64,000 nucleotides of DNA, from positions 64,148-128,147 of the forward strand of contig CAISZI010000040.1 in assembly GCA_903889905.1 (NCBI GenBank). The letters are read 5' to 3'. The notes below the pieces were generated by a model. It saw nothing but the letters and a program-made list of their open reading frames with translations. It did no database searches and was not told where the DNA came from. This DNA comes from Candidatus Wirthbacteria bacterium. Lineage in GTDB: Bacteria > Patescibacteriota > CG2-30-54-11. How positions within the stretch are numbered: the first letter of the stretch is position 1; every line of letters starts with the position of its first letter. This document shows, piece after piece, positions 40,030 through 50,667 of the stretch. Position numbers and translations under genes: made by a program.

Positions 40030-41445
40030 CTAATTATTCCACTTAGTGTGAAAGGTGCCGGGTTTGTCGTTGCGTTGATAGGTGTGCGCGCCGAAGTAAT
40101 CACGCAAACTTTGTAATAGATTGGCCGGCAGGTTGGCTGTGGTTTGGCTGAGGAGGTAATTGAGTGCAGATCCAAAAGCCGGTTGTGGAATTTGAGCTTT
40201 GGTGGCAGTTGCTACAACTGCCGCAAAGTCAGGCAAATAGGCGACCAATTTGTCATGGATCGGTGTAATTTCGAACAAGTGACTAGTTTGTTTGGAGCCC
40301 AAATACGCATCATGCAAAAATGTCAAAACTTTGGCGCGGATAATGCAACCGCCCTGCCAGATGCGGCTGAGCTCGGCGAGGTCTACGTGCCAATGTTCGG
40401 CGTCAGATGCGACTTGAATTAACGCATAACCTTGGGCATAGGTGGACAAAATCGCAGCGTAAAGAGCTTTGGCAAGCTGCGGGACAAAGTCATGCAAGGG
40501 AAAGTCGGTTTGAGGTAAAGATTTGGGATAGTTCGGCTCAAGTTTGACACGCTGCGCCTTGTCAGCGGATTGCAGGCGGGCAAGCACGGCTTCGGTAATG
40601 GTCGGTATTGCCACCCCACGCTGCAAAGCGTCGATCGCGGTCCAGGAACCTGTACCCTTTTGGGCGGCTGAATCAAGAATCTTGTCGATCAGCAGTCCGT
40701 CGCCGGCATCATCAGGTTGGCGCAAGACCTTGGTCGTGATTTCCACCAGATAGGAATTGAGCTCGCCTTGGTTGAATTGGGCAAAAATGTCGGCAATTTG
40801 AGGACCGCTGAGCTGATAGAGCTGCCGCAGCAGGTCGTAGCTTTCGGCCAGCAGTTGCATAATGCCGTATTCAATGCCATTGTGGACCATTTTGACAAAG
40901 TGGCCAGCGCCACCCGCACCGATATAACTGACGCAGGCGCTACCGCCAAAGTCTTTGGCAGCAATGGCTTCCAGTTTGGGCTGAAGTAGCTTCCATGCCG
41001 CTTCGTTGCCTCCGGGCATAATGCTTGGCCCGTACAAAGCTCCCTCTTCTCCACCCGAGACACCGGTTCCGAGGTAATGAATTTGATGACTTTCCAGGTC
41101 TTTGGCACGACGCACTGTGTCAGCATAAAAAGAGTTGCCGCAGTCGAGCAAAATGTCGCCCGCATCGAGTAGCGGCAGCAGTTCGGCGATCAGTTCGTCC
41201 ACGGGCGTGCCGGCTTTGACCATAAGGATAATTTGGCGCGGGCGCTCCAAGCGCGAGATAAATTTGGCCAAATCGGTTTCACCAGCCAAAAAGTCGCTGC
41301 CAAATGTTTTGACAAATGTTTCTGTTTTGGCGGCGGTGCGATTGTAAACCAGCGTTTTGATCTTGCGACTGGCAAGATTACGGGCAAGGTTGGCGCCCAT
41401 GACAGCGAGTCCAATCAGTCCGATTTCAGCATGTTCCATTGGCAT
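40030..41445 (-). CDS. gnd: 6-phosphogluconate dehydrogenase (decarboxylating)
   Basis: IGLAVMGANLARNLAS is the Rossmann motif; the HNGIEYGIMQLLAE region is also present. Confidence 0.92.
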   Translation of the reverse strand: MPMEHAEIGLIGLAVMGANLARNLASRKIKTLVYNRTAAKTETFVKTFGSDFLAGETDLAKFISRLERPRQIILMVKAGTPVDELIAELLPLLDAGDILLDCGNSFYADTVRRAKDLESHQIHYLGTGVSGGEEGALYGPSIMPGGNEAAWKLLQPKLEAIAAKDFGGSACVSYIGAGGAGHFVKMVHNGIEYGIMQLLAESYDLLRQLYQLSGPQIADIFAQFNQGELNSYLVEITTKVLRQPDDAGDGLLIDKILDSAAQKGTGSWTAIDALQRGVAIPTITEAVLARLQSADKAQRVKLEPNYPKSLPQTDFPLHDFVPQLAKALYAAILSTYAQGYALIQVASDAEHWHVDLAELSRIWQGGCIIRAKVLTFLHDAYLGSKQTSHLFEITPIHDKLVAYLPDFAAVVATATKAQIPQPAFGSALNYLLSQTTANLPANLLQSLRDYFGAHTYQRNDKPGTFHTKWNN

Positions 41446-41459
41446 TTGAGGGTTAATGG

Positions 41460-43385
41460 TTAGACGAGAATTTCTTCGCAGTTTTTGGCAATGCTTTCAG
41501 CATCAATGCCAGCGGCTTTGTAAAGTTCGTGAACTTTGCCAGAGAGCTGGTATTTGTTGACGCCCATCATTTCAAATTCTTTGAGCTGGATATTGTGAAG
41601 GGCGAGGTAACGGGCGATCTGGCTGCCCAGGCCGGACTGGGTGTTGTGGTCTTCGACAGTGATCAGGCGTTTGGTTTTTTTGATGGAATTGATCAGTGGC
41701 TGGTCGAGTTTTTTGATCGACGACACGGCAACCACTTCGATGGCAAGTTTGGGATTGGTTTCGTTCAGGATCGAAAGTGCTTTCAAGGCTTCATTCACCA
41801 TGGCTCCTGAGGCGGCAATGGTCAGGTCTTTGCCTTCGCGCAGGACATCGCAACGGCCGTAGTAGTATTCATATTTGGCATTGTAAAATGGCGAGCCATC
41901 AACTTTGGTGACAATGGGATAGGCGTGGCGTCCCATGCGTATATAAAAGTTGCCAAAGTGGCTGGCAATGAAGCGGATGACGCGGTCAGTCTGGTTGGGG
42001 TCAGCCGGTTCGATCACCATCGTGTTGAGCAGACCCAGGAACGAACCCATGTCGTCGATAGCCTGATGCGTGGGGCCGTCTTCACCGACCGAAAGGCCAC
42101 AGTGGGTGGCGACCAGTTTGACGTTGGTGAGATTAATATCATTGACGCGTGCCTGGTCTTTGGCACGGCTGGAGAGAAAGGCGCCAAAACTTGAGGCAAA
42201 AGGTACAAATCCATTCAGACTCAAACCACCCGCAGCGCTGACCATGTGCTGTTCTGCAATGCCACATTCGACATGCTGGGCAGGTAACTCCTTGGCCACT
42301 CCTGCTGTCATCACTGACCCTCTTAAGTCCGCCGTCATCGCCAAAATTTTGGGGTTGCGTTTGGCCAGGTCGAGCAAGGCGTTACCATAGGCATTACGGT
42401 TGGCAACGTTATCTTCGGACGTGTAAACTTTGGGTTCGCCAATATTGATGCCGGTATCGGAAAGCTGGTCCTTGGGGGCGAATTTGGAAGGATGCCAGGT
42501 GACGAGCGGTTTGAATTCCTCTAGCAGTGCTGTCTCCACTTCGGTTGGTTGCAAAGCGGCAATGGCCAGGTCGGCTTGTTCTGGCTTGGGTGCATTGCCA
42601 TGCCAAGTGGCTTTGAGAGCGCGGCCTTCAGCTTCCATAAAGTCCACGCCTTTACCCATGATGGTTTTGCCAATGATCACGATGGGTTTATCTTGAACTT
42701 GTGTCGCAGCCCGTAACGTTTGCCAAATGGCCTGATAGTCATGGCCGTCACAATTCAGCACGTGCCAATTGGCGGCTTTGAACGTTGCATCCAGATCAAT
42801 CGGCATGACTTCGGCGAGGCTGCCCGTAAGTTGCACTTGATTATAATCCACGAACAAGATGAATTTGTTGAGTTTGAATTTGTTCCCAAAATGCAGCATT
42901 TCATAAACCTGTCCCTCCTGTGCCTCACCATCACCCATGACACCAAAGGTAAACTTGTCACTGCTCTTGAGCTGGTCGGCCAGCGCAAAACCCGCTGCCA
43001 CAGAAACCCCGACACCCAAGGGGCCAGTGCCAAAGACGACGCCAGGCACGTGCCGCGTGATGTGGCCTTCAAAATTTGAGCCGATTTTACGAAACGTATT
43101 GATCACGTCCTGTTTGTTAACATACCCGAGTTCCGCCAGCACTGAGTAGACCGCCGGAGAAATGTGGCCGTTGGAAACAATCACGTTTTCACCGGTCTGG
43201 CTGACGATCAAGGCGTAAAGGGTCGAGAGATAGTCCATTGCCGAAAGCGAGCCGCCTGGGTGGCCGCTTTGGGATTGTTTGAGCATGGCAATCGTCGTGA
43301 GTCGACAGGCTTTGGCAAAACTGCTCAGGAAATCGATTTGGTTTTGGTTTAAATCTTCGCCAAGTTGGGGGATTGTAAGCGACAT
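41460..43385 (-). CDS. tkt: Transketolase
   Basis: SGHPGGSLS is the ThDP-binding motif. The GDGEAQEG-type motif and the C-terminal regions are present. 641 aa. Confidence 0.9.
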   Translation of the reverse strand: MSLTIPQLGEDLNQNQIDFLSSFAKACRLTTIAMLKQSQSGHPGGSLSAMDYLSTLYALIVSQTGENVIVSNGHISPAVYSVLAELGYVNKQDVINTFRKIGSNFEGHITRHVPGVVFGTGPLGVGVSVAAGFALADQLKSSDKFTFGVMGDGEAQEGQVYEMLHFGNKFKLNKFILFVDYNQVQLTGSLAEVMPIDLDATFKAANWHVLNCDGHDYQAIWQTLRAATQVQDKPIVIIGKTIMGKGVDFMEAEGRALKATWHGNAPKPEQADLAIAALQPTEVETALLEEFKPLVTWHPSKFAPKDQLSDTGINIGEPKVYTSEDNVANRNAYGNALLDLAKRNPKILAMTADLRGSVMTAGVAKELPAQHVECGIAEQHMVSAAGGLSLNGFVPFASSFGAFLSSRAKDQARVNDINLTNVKLVATHCGLSVGEDGPTHQAIDDMGSFLGLLNTMVIEPADPNQTDRVIRFIASHFGNFYIRMGRHAYPIVTKVDGSPFYNAKYEYYYGRCDVLREGKDLTIAASGAMVNEALKALSILNETNPKLAIEVVAVSSIKKLDQPLINSIKKTKRLITVEDHNTQSGLGSQIARYLALHNIQLKEFEMMGVNKYQLSGKVHELYKAAGIDAESIAKNCEEILV

Positions 43386-43516
43386 CTTTCACCTAGTTTA
43401 AATGGGTGAAACAACTGGTTGTTAATTTACCATTATGCCCAAGATAATCCTAGCAGGATTAAAAGCAGATTAAACACAAAAAATCCCGCTTTATTGGGGC
43501 GGGATTTTGAACATAA

Positions 43517-44815
43517 CTATTTGACGAGTAACATCTCGCGGGTAAGGATTTTGGAGAGTTCCACGCCAGGCTGGTCAAAGGCGTTGATGCCATAAAATTC
43601 GCCCAGGAAGGCAGTGGCACCTTCGAACAGCATGAAGAGTTCACCCAGCGAGTAGGCGTTGACTTCGTCGATTTGGAGCGTGATGCTGGGGCGGTCGTTT
43701 TGGGTGTAGGCGGCTTCGGTTGCTTTTTTTTCGGTGTTGATGAGCTTGTTGAAGGTAATGTTTTGCAGATATCCCAGCGCTTCATTGTCTGGCAGGAGAT
43801 GGGGGATTTTGACTTCAGCGCCCAGTTTTTCCACTTCCACAAAAATAAACAGTTTGTCGTTGGGGCCTTCATTGTACAGTTGTGTCTGGGAATGCTGGTC
43901 CGTAACGCCAAGCGCATTGATGGGCGTAATACCGACGTTAACGGTCTCGCCTTTGTCATTGAGCTTTTTGCCAATGCTTTCGGCCAGGAGCTGACGATAC
44001 CAGTCAGCGAGGCGGATGAGCTTTTGGGAATAGGGCATGAGCACGTTGATGAGTTTGCCTTTTTGCTCTAATTGGTACTGCAGGCTAGCTAGCTGGAAAG
44101 GGACATTGATACTGGCATCGTCAGAGAGAAAACGGTCCCGCATGGCACGCATACCCTTGAGCAGTTCCACGATATCAATCCCGATCAAAGCTGCCGGCAC
44201 AAGCCCCACAGGTGTCTGCACCGAAAAGCGTCCACCGACATCGTCTGGAATGGGAAAAGTTTTAATCCCGTCGCGGTCAGCAATGTCTTTGAGCACGCCT
44301 TTGTGGGCATCCGTGATAAACAGGTGATGGAGGTTGGCTGGAAGTTCTGCTTTGTCCGTGAGCGAGCGAAAGTAAAAATACTGGCTGATGGTTTCGGGTG
44401 TGGTGCCGGATTTGGAAATGGTGATGAAGAGCGTTTTGTTGAGTGAAATGACGTCCTGTATTTCCGTCATGAGTACGGGATCAATGTTGTCCAGGACATG
44501 CACACGTGGGGTGGAGGAGCGGGGTTTTTCGTTTTCAAACAAATGTTTCAAACTTTGCTGCAGGCACAGCATTCCCAACGATGACCCGCCAATCCCCAGC
44601 ACCACCACGTCGTAGTATTTTCGGTCGGATTTTTTGGCAAGGGCCAGAATTTCTTCAGTCCACGGTGCGTCGATTGTTTTGTAAAAACCGACACCGCGCG
44701 CTTCGATTTTTTGCAGATAGGCGTGGATCAATTTGTTTTTGGAGGCCATTTCAGTTTCGGACAGGCCGTTTGCACTCGTAACCTTGGTTAAATTCTTGAC
44801 ATCAATAGTGAGCAT
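43517..44815 (-). CDS. pgi: Glucose-6-phosphate isomerase
   Basis: VVLGIGGSSLG and ISKSGTTPET are PGI SIS-domain signatures. Confidence 0.85.
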   Translation of the reverse strand: MLTIDVKNLTKVTSANGLSETEMASKNKLIHAYLQKIEARGVGFYKTIDAPWTEEILALAKKSDRKYYDVVVLGIGGSSLGMLCLQQSLKHLFENEKPRSSTPRVHVLDNIDPVLMTEIQDVISLNKTLFITISKSGTTPETISQYFYFRSLTDKAELPANLHHLFITDAHKGVLKDIADRDGIKTFPIPDDVGGRFSVQTPVGLVPAALIGIDIVELLKGMRAMRDRFLSDDASINVPFQLASLQYQLEQKGKLINVLMPYSQKLIRLADWYRQLLAESIGKKLNDKGETVNVGITPINALGVTDQHSQTQLYNEGPNDKLFIFVEVEKLGAEVKIPHLLPDNEALGYLQNITFNKLINTEKKATEAAYTQNDRPSITLQIDEVNAYSLGELFMLFEGATAFLGEFYGINAFDQPGVELSKILTREMLLVK

Positions 44816-44946
44816 CGGGTTCCTTTATTTAAGTGCGGATATATGCATTTTAGTCTTAATCGTGGCCAATGGTCAATTTTGACTTTGCGCCAAGTTGGAA
44901 AACAGCTATAATACGGACACTTTAACAATTATTAAACAGACAGCGA

Positions 44947-45227
44947 TGTATAAACTGATTCAAAAAGAAGAATTTGTCAGTGTACAGTCGGCTCAAACCG
45001 GGATCGCCAAAGCCTGCCAGCAAGCCGAAAAAAAAGGTGTTTTCCTGCGTGTGATGCGCAATAATCAACCTGTTGGTGTGCTGTTACCAGAAAAATTCTG
45101 GCAGCAAATGCTGACCGACATGCAGTTACTTTTGGAAACTGTGAATAACACCAAAAAGGTGCTGCCGCGTCCCAAACTTGAATCCAAGGCTGCACAGTTG
45201 AGTATGATTGACCTGATTAGCTCGTAA
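44947..45227 (+). CDS. Phd/YefM-like antitoxin-fold protein (orphan)
   Basis: MYKLIQKEEFVSVQSAQTGIAKACQQAEKKGVFLRVMRNNQPVGVLLPEKFWQQML resembles the Phd/YefM N-terminal beta-alpha-beta fold pattern. The ORF 44895-45227 starts upstream; I prefer the start at 44947. Confidence 0.45.
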
Positions 45228-45279
45228 AATCGACGTTTTTTTGGTAAAATAGAGTGAAAGTTTATTAACCAATCAGCAC

Positions 45280-46125
45280 ATGATCGAAACCAAAAAATTC
45301 AAAATAAAAAGAATGTCGCTATCTTGCCTGTTGGCGGGCCGGGCGATGATTTCTTTCCTGTTTCTTTTTTGGGGCACCGCCCTTGAGCGTCAAGGGCAGG
45401 CAAATGCTGATTTAATGTCTAAGGTATTGGCAATTTTTGGCAATCTACTGGTTGCCCTGGCCTGGTTCATTATATTTGATTCCATCAGGAATCTGCTGGT
45501 TGACACCAAATCCGCAATAGAATTTGGTCGAGATCAGATTATTATCAGTCAACGGCCATTTTTGACACTAAAATACAATCAGCTCATTGCCATCTATTTT
45601 GATTATCAGTTTGGTACGTTCGTCAATGGTAGGCACACCAATCTGTGGGAATGTTTGGCGCTTTTATACCGTCAGGATTACGGTCAAGGAATTGATTCCA
45701 GACTTATTGGTCAATATGACTATGATTTTGATGAACTGAAGCATGTGTTCACACAATTGCCACCAGCCATTAAAGTGTCACCCTATGTCCTTGCTCATTT
45801 TGACCATCCCAAAGAGACGACAGTGACACCAGAGGCGCAACTTGAACATAGTGAATTTCATAAATTATACGCTCCCCACATTACTGCCGAACAATTTGCC
45901 CTCGGATTGCTGCTGCTTCCACTTTTTCTGATTTTTGGCTTCAATGTTGGCATTACAGCCTTTACGAAGTATTTTCTACCATTCATTCCCCGTAATACTG
46001 TCTGGTTTCAGGCGTTAGCCATGGCGATTCCTTTTGTTTTTTGGAAAGGCATTTTCGATATTGATAAAATACTCAAAAACAGGAAGCTCATTAAACCGGA
46101 GAAAATAAGCCATGCAACTCAATGA
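45280..46125 (+). CDS. Polytopic membrane protein, hypothetical
   Basis: It has several hydrophobic helices and no recognisable motif. It overlaps the clpB start by 14 nt. Confidence 0.45.
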   Translation: MIETKKFKIKRMSLSCLLAGRAMISFLFLFWGTALERQGQANADLMSKVLAIFGNLLVALAWFIIFDSIRNLLVDTKSAIEFGRDQIIISQRPFLTLKYNQLIAIYFDYQFGTFVNGRHTNLWECLALLYRQDYGQGIDSRLIGQYDYDFDELKHVFTQLPPAIKVSPYVLAHFDHPKETTVTPEAQLEHSEFHKLYAPHITAEQFALGLLLLPLFLIFGFNVGITAFTKYFLPFIPRNTVWFQALAMAIPFVFWKGIFDIDKILKNRKLIKPEKISHATQ

Positions 46126-48763
46126 TTTCACCATCAAAGCCCAGGAAGTCCTGCAGCAAGCGCAAAAAATCGCTTCGGAACGCAACCAGCAAGTGCTGGA
46201 CCCGCTACATGTACTGCTCGCCATGCTGGAACAGCCCGAAGGCATTACTACAGCGATTGTCAAAAAGATTGGCGCGCCACTGGTTGAAATCAAGCAGGAA
46301 GTAACGGCTGCGATCGAAACACTGCCGCATGTCAGCGGCACACAGGTGCTGGGGCAGGTGTCGCTGTCCAAGGAACTCGGCGAGCTCATGGCCAAAGCTC
46401 AGGAGGAAGAAGCCAAACTCAAGGACGAGTACATTTCCACCGAACACGTTTTGCTCGCCGCAACCAACGCGCCCAAACTGCAAAAATTATTGGAAAAATA
46501 CGGCATCAACTATGACAACGTCCTTAAAGTTCTAACGGATGTGCGCGGTAACCAGCGGGTCACCGATCAAAATCCCGAAGAAAAATACCAGGCATTGGAA
46601 AAATACAGTCAAAATCTAACAGCGCAAGCGCGGCAGGGTAAAATCGACCCGATCATTGGCCGGGACGATGAAATCCGTCGTGTCATGCAAGTCCTTTCGC
46701 GACGTTCCAAAAACAACCCAGTACTGATTGGTGAACCCGGAACTGGTAAAACTGCCATTGCCGAAGGTTTGGCGCAGCGCATCGTCGCTGGCGATGTTCC
46801 CGAAAGTCTCAAAGGCAAGGAGCTATTATCGCTGGACCTGGCGGCGCTGGTGGCAGGTGCGAAATTTCGTGGTGAATTCGAGGAACGCCTCAAAGCAGTG
46901 CTCAAGGAAGTGACGGCCTCCAATGGCCATGTCCTCCTTTTTATTGACGAATTGCATACCCTCGTCGGCGCCGGCGCCGCCGAGGGCTCGATGGACGCAT
47001 CCAATATGCTTAAACCCGCTTTGGCCCGTGGGGAATTGCATGCGATTGGCGCGACCACGCTCAAGGAATACCAAAAATACATCGAAAAAGACGCGGCTTT
47101 GGAACGACGGTTTCAGCCGGTATATGTACCTGAACCCAGCCCCGAAGATACGCTGGCGATTCTGCGCGGGATCAAGGAAAAATATGAAGTCCATCATGGC
47201 GTGCGCATTACCGATGCCGCGCTTGTCGCTGCGGTGGAATTGTCCAAACGTTACATTACTGATCGCTTCCTGCCGGATAAAGCCATTGATCTCGTTGATG
47301 AAGCGACCTCGGCTTTACGCATGGAAATTGACAGTATGCCGGTTGAACTCGACCAGATGCAGCGCAAAATTCGTCAGCTTGAGATCGAACTCAAGGCACT
47401 CGAAGGCGAAGAGCTGGCTTCTTCGGTCAAACGCCGCCAGGATATTGAAAAAGAACTGGCTGATCTGCGCGAAATATACAACCAGAAACATGCCAATTGG
47501 TCGGTTGAAAAAGAAGTCATTGCCCACATCACAGCGATCAAAAAGCAGGTGGATGAACTCAAACGTCAGGCCGACATTGCCGAACGCCAGGGCAAACTCA
47601 GCTTGGTAGCGGAGATTCGTTATGGCAAATTGCCAAACCTGGAAAAAGAATTTGCAGAGGAGAAGAAACGGCTGACTGACGTGCAGGCAGACCATGGGAT
47701 TTTAAAAGAAGAAGTTACCGAAGAGGACATCGCCAAGGTGGTTTCCCGCTGGACCGGTGTACCGGTGACCAAAATGCTGCAAAGCGATATCGATAAACTC
47801 GCGCACATGGAGGACGGCCTCAGGTTACGCGTCATTGGACAACAGGACGCGCTGGTCAAAGTGGCCAATGCCGTGCGTCGTTCCCGCGCCGGTATCTCCG
47901 AGCCTAACCGCCCGATTGGTTCGTTTATTTTCCTGGGCCCAACCGGTGTTGGTAAAACCGAAACCGCCAAAGCTTTGGCTGAATTCATGTTCAATGACGA
48001 AAATGCCATTGTCCGCATCGACATGTCGGAATATATGGAAAAGCACGCGGTTGCCCGCCTCATTGGCGCTCCACCCGGCTATGTGGGCTATGAAGAGGGC
48101 GGCCAACTGACGGAAGCGGTACGCCGTCGGCCTTATGCTGTGGTGCTGTTTGACGAAATCGAAAAAGCCCATCCAGATGTTTTCAACATCATGCTGCAAC
48201 TGCTGGATGACGGCCGCCTCACCGATTCAAAAGGCCGTGTCGTCAATTTCAAAAATACGATTGTGATCATGACCTCGAATGCCGGCAGTGATGTGATTCA
48301 GCAGTATTCGGGCAAGGAATCGCCAGAAATGCGTGACAAAGTTCTGGAAATCTTGCGCGCCCACTTCAAACCGGAATTCCTCAATCGTATTGACGAAATT
48401 ATTGTGTTTGAATCGCTCAAAAAAGATCAAATGCTGAGCATAGTGGAAATCCAGCTCAGACACATCCAACAGCGTCTGGATGACCGCCGCATCAAATTGG
48501 TTTTGAGCAGCGAAGCCAAACAATTGATCGCTGACCAGGGTTTTGATCCGGTCTACGGCGCCAGGCCGCTCAAACGTGTGCTACAGAGCATTCTGCTTGA
48601 TCCACTTGCGCTGCGCATTATTGATGGCACGGTCAAAGATGGCGATACGGTTACGATTTCAGCCAGCAATGGCACGATCGTGTTTGGCCCCCAATCGGTT
48701 TTGAATCCAGTCAAATCGGCTGCCAAAGTCGAAACACCGTTAGCGCTTGATCAGGGTAGTTAA
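46112..48763 (+). CDS. clpB: ATP-dependent chaperone ClpB
   Basis: It has the N-domain, two AAA modules (GEPGTGKT; GPTGVGKT) and a long coiled-coil middle domain. 883 aa. Confidence 0.95.
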   Translation: MQLNDFTIKAQEVLQQAQKIASERNQQVLDPLHVLLAMLEQPEGITTAIVKKIGAPLVEIKQEVTAAIETLPHVSGTQVLGQVSLSKELGELMAKAQEEEAKLKDEYISTEHVLLAATNAPKLQKLLEKYGINYDNVLKVLTDVRGNQRVTDQNPEEKYQALEKYSQNLTAQARQGKIDPIIGRDDEIRRVMQVLSRRSKNNPVLIGEPGTGKTAIAEGLAQRIVAGDVPESLKGKELLSLDLAALVAGAKFRGEFEERLKAVLKEVTASNGHVLLFIDELHTLVGAGAAEGSMDASNMLKPALARGELHAIGATTLKEYQKYIEKDAALERRFQPVYVPEPSPEDTLAILRGIKEKYEVHHGVRITDAALVAAVELSKRYITDRFLPDKAIDLVDEATSALRMEIDSMPVELDQMQRKIRQLEIELKALEGEELASSVKRRQDIEKELADLREIYNQKHANWSVEKEVIAHITAIKKQVDELKRQADIAERQGKLSLVAEIRYGKLPNLEKEFAEEKKRLTDVQADHGILKEEVTEEDIAKVVSRWTGVPVTKMLQSDIDKLAHMEDGLRLRVIGQQDALVKVANAVRRSRAGISEPNRPIGSFIFLGPTGVGKTETAKALAEFMFNDENAIVRIDMSEYMEKHAVARLIGAPPGYVGYEEGGQLTEAVRRRPYAVVLFDEIEKAHPDVFNIMLQLLDDGRLTDSKGRVVNFKNTIVIMTSNAGSDVIQQYSGKESPEMRDKVLEILRAHFKPEFLNRIDEIIVFESLKKDQMLSIVEIQLRHIQQRLDDRRIKLVLSSEAKQLIADQGFDPVYGARPLKRVLQSILLDPLALRIIDGTVKDGDTVTISASNGTIVFGPQSVLNPVKSAAKVETPLALDQGS

Positions 48764-48793
48764 TAAGACCAGTTCATCTTAGGTGAAACATAA

Positions 48794-48819
48794 AAGAGAC
48801 GCCGGTTGGCGTCTCTTTA
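48794..48819. terminator. Bidirectional intrinsic terminator between clpB (+) and the convergent minus-strand gene
   Basis: Hairpin AAGAGACGCC-GGTT-GGCGTCTCTT flanked by A/T runs on both sides. Confidence 0.65.
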
Positions 48820-48845
48820 TGGGTAACTGCAATGGTATGTCTTGG

Positions 48846-49883
48846 TTATTGACCCACTTTCAGATTGGTGACCGTGGAGGACAAGGGTTTGGAATTGAGT
48901 GCTGGAACCGTTTTAATCAGTTGGTCAAAGGTGTCGACACTGGCGGCATCGGTGGGCTGCAGCAGCAGGTCCGTGGTTTGCAGATTGGTGAAATTAATCT
49001 CCAGCCCAAGGTTGATATTATTGCTTGACGTGGTTGTTTTGGGCAGCGCGCTAAAAGTGATCTTTTTTAATGTATTGTCGGATTTGTTGACCCAGATCGA
49101 ACCGCTCAAGTTGAGCTCGGCAATTTGATTCTGGAGCACATGGAGATAATTTTGCTTGTCATCGTCGCTAAGCTGCGTGGTGCTGAGCTGGTTGACGAGC
49201 GCGGTGGCTGTCTGCGGATCAAGACCACTAAAAGTGTATTTGACGGTATCGATGTTGTCGATGGTTTCACTGCCGGTTTGGTTTAAATTCTGAAACAAAC
49301 TGCTCAGCTGGCGCGCCCCATTGGAATAAAGGGTGAAAAAATTAACCCAGGGCGATCCGACGGCGTTACTGACCGCATCATTGCTGATAATCTGGTTGGA
49401 GAGGGTGGTGTCGTATTTGACTGGCAGAAAAGGCAGAGCGGGGAGTGCCTGACTGGCAGAGGAATAAAACCATTTGCCCGCGACCGAATTGATGTCCAGT
49501 TTGGTGTAATCACTGCCTGTGTTTTGCACGGAAATATTACCGATTTTAAAGTAGGATTTGGCAGGTGTTGAGAGCAGCGTAAGTTCGCTGATCTGGTAGT
49601 TTTGATCAGCAGTTGAAACCGTACCACTTAGATCAACGCGTGTCATATCCTGGCCATTGAAGCTGAGAATGCCGTTGATCGAAGAGTGCAATTCCTGACC
49701 AGAAGCGTTCTGGGCCAGGTTTTTGACCTGGAGTGAAAATTTGGCCTGATTGCTTGGTGCCGCCAAAATGGTCTGATTGGTCGTATTCTTGGGGTTCAGG
49801 TTGGTCATCGCCCACCAGGCAAAAGCACCGATCACGGCGACAAACAGGACGATCAGCGCCGATAATTTGGTTTTGGTATTCAT
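48846..49883 (-). CDS. Membrane-anchored, Asn/Ser/Thr-rich secreted hypothetical protein
   Basis: It has an N-terminal TM/signal anchor. Its composition is low-complexity N/S/T/Q-rich. No recognisable domain. Confidence 0.45.
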   Translation of the reverse strand: MNTKTKLSALIVLFVAVIGAFAWWAMTNLNPKNTTNQTILAAPSNQAKFSLQVKNLAQNASGQELHSSINGILSFNGQDMTRVDLSGTVSTADQNYQISELTLLSTPAKSYFKIGNISVQNTGSDYTKLDINSVAGKWFYSSASQALPALPFLPVKYDTTLSNQIISNDAVSNAVGSPWVNFFTLYSNGARQLSSLFQNLNQTGSETIDNIDTVKYTFSGLDPQTATALVNQLSTTQLSDDDKQNYLHVLQNQIAELNLSGSIWVNKSDNTLKKITFSALPKTTTSSNNINLGLEINFTNLQTTDLLLQPTDAASVDTFDQLIKTVPALNSKPLSSTVTNLKVGQ

Positions 49884-50062
49884 TGAATCCTCTTTTGGGT
49901 AAATGAGCTACTTTCAATTATCCCGTGGGGCTGGGCTTTCTGTCAACTGTCAGCTGCTGTAACTTTTCGCAGACTTGCGCGGTGTAACTTGTTTGCCCAC
50001 TGTTTAGCGCATATAATGCCAGCGAAAGGCGACTTAACTTTTTTTTAACCCAAAAGGTTTTT

Positions 50063-50659
50063 ATGAAACATCCCAGCCAGCGCGTCGGTGTGTTTATCGA
50101 CGTAGCCAACATGTATTTTTCTGCCCGGACTTTGTATAATGCACGCGTTAATTTTGGTAAAATTGTCGAAAGAGGCGTGAGCGGTCGTCTGTTGGTACGT
50201 GCCATCGCCTATGCGGTCAAGGCTGATGTTCCTGAAGAGCAGAATTTTTTTGAAGCCCTGAACAAGATGGGGATCGAAGTTTATACCAAAGACCTGCAAA
50301 CTTTTTATGATGGTGAACGCAAAGGCAACGTCGACATGGAGTTGGCGATTGATACACTCAAATTAGCGCCCAAACTCGACGTGGTAGTGCTGGTTTCGGG
50401 TGATGGCGACTATCGAATCCTGCTGCAGCATCTCAAAGCACAGGGCTGTCGCGTCGAAGTGATTGCCTTCAAAAAAAGCGCTGCCAGCAAACTGATCGAC
50501 GAGGCCGATGATTTTATCAACCTCGAAGAGGGCGCCGAACAATTTTTGATTCGTCCCAAACGGCTGGGAGCGGTTCGTCCAGCCGTCGCTCCACGTCCAG
50601 TGGCGCCGTCCGATCGTCCTGTTCCCGTTGTTCGTCCTGGTCCAGTCAAACTTAACTAA
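50063..50659 (+). CDS. NYN-domain (LabA/YacP-like, PIN-related) protein with a Pro-rich C-terminus
   Basis: VGVFIDVANMYF, GNVDMELAIDT and VLVSGDGDY are the NYN acidic motifs. Confidence 0.7.
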   Translation: MKHPSQRVGVFIDVANMYFSARTLYNARVNFGKIVERGVSGRLLVRAIAYAVKADVPEEQNFFEALNKMGIEVYTKDLQTFYDGERKGNVDMELAIDTLKLAPKLDVVVLVSGDGDYRILLQHLKAQGCRVEVIAFKKSAASKLIDEADDFINLEEGAEQFLIRPKRLGAVRPAVAPRPVAPSDRPVPVVRPGPVKLN

Positions 50660-50667
50660 CGGAGTTT

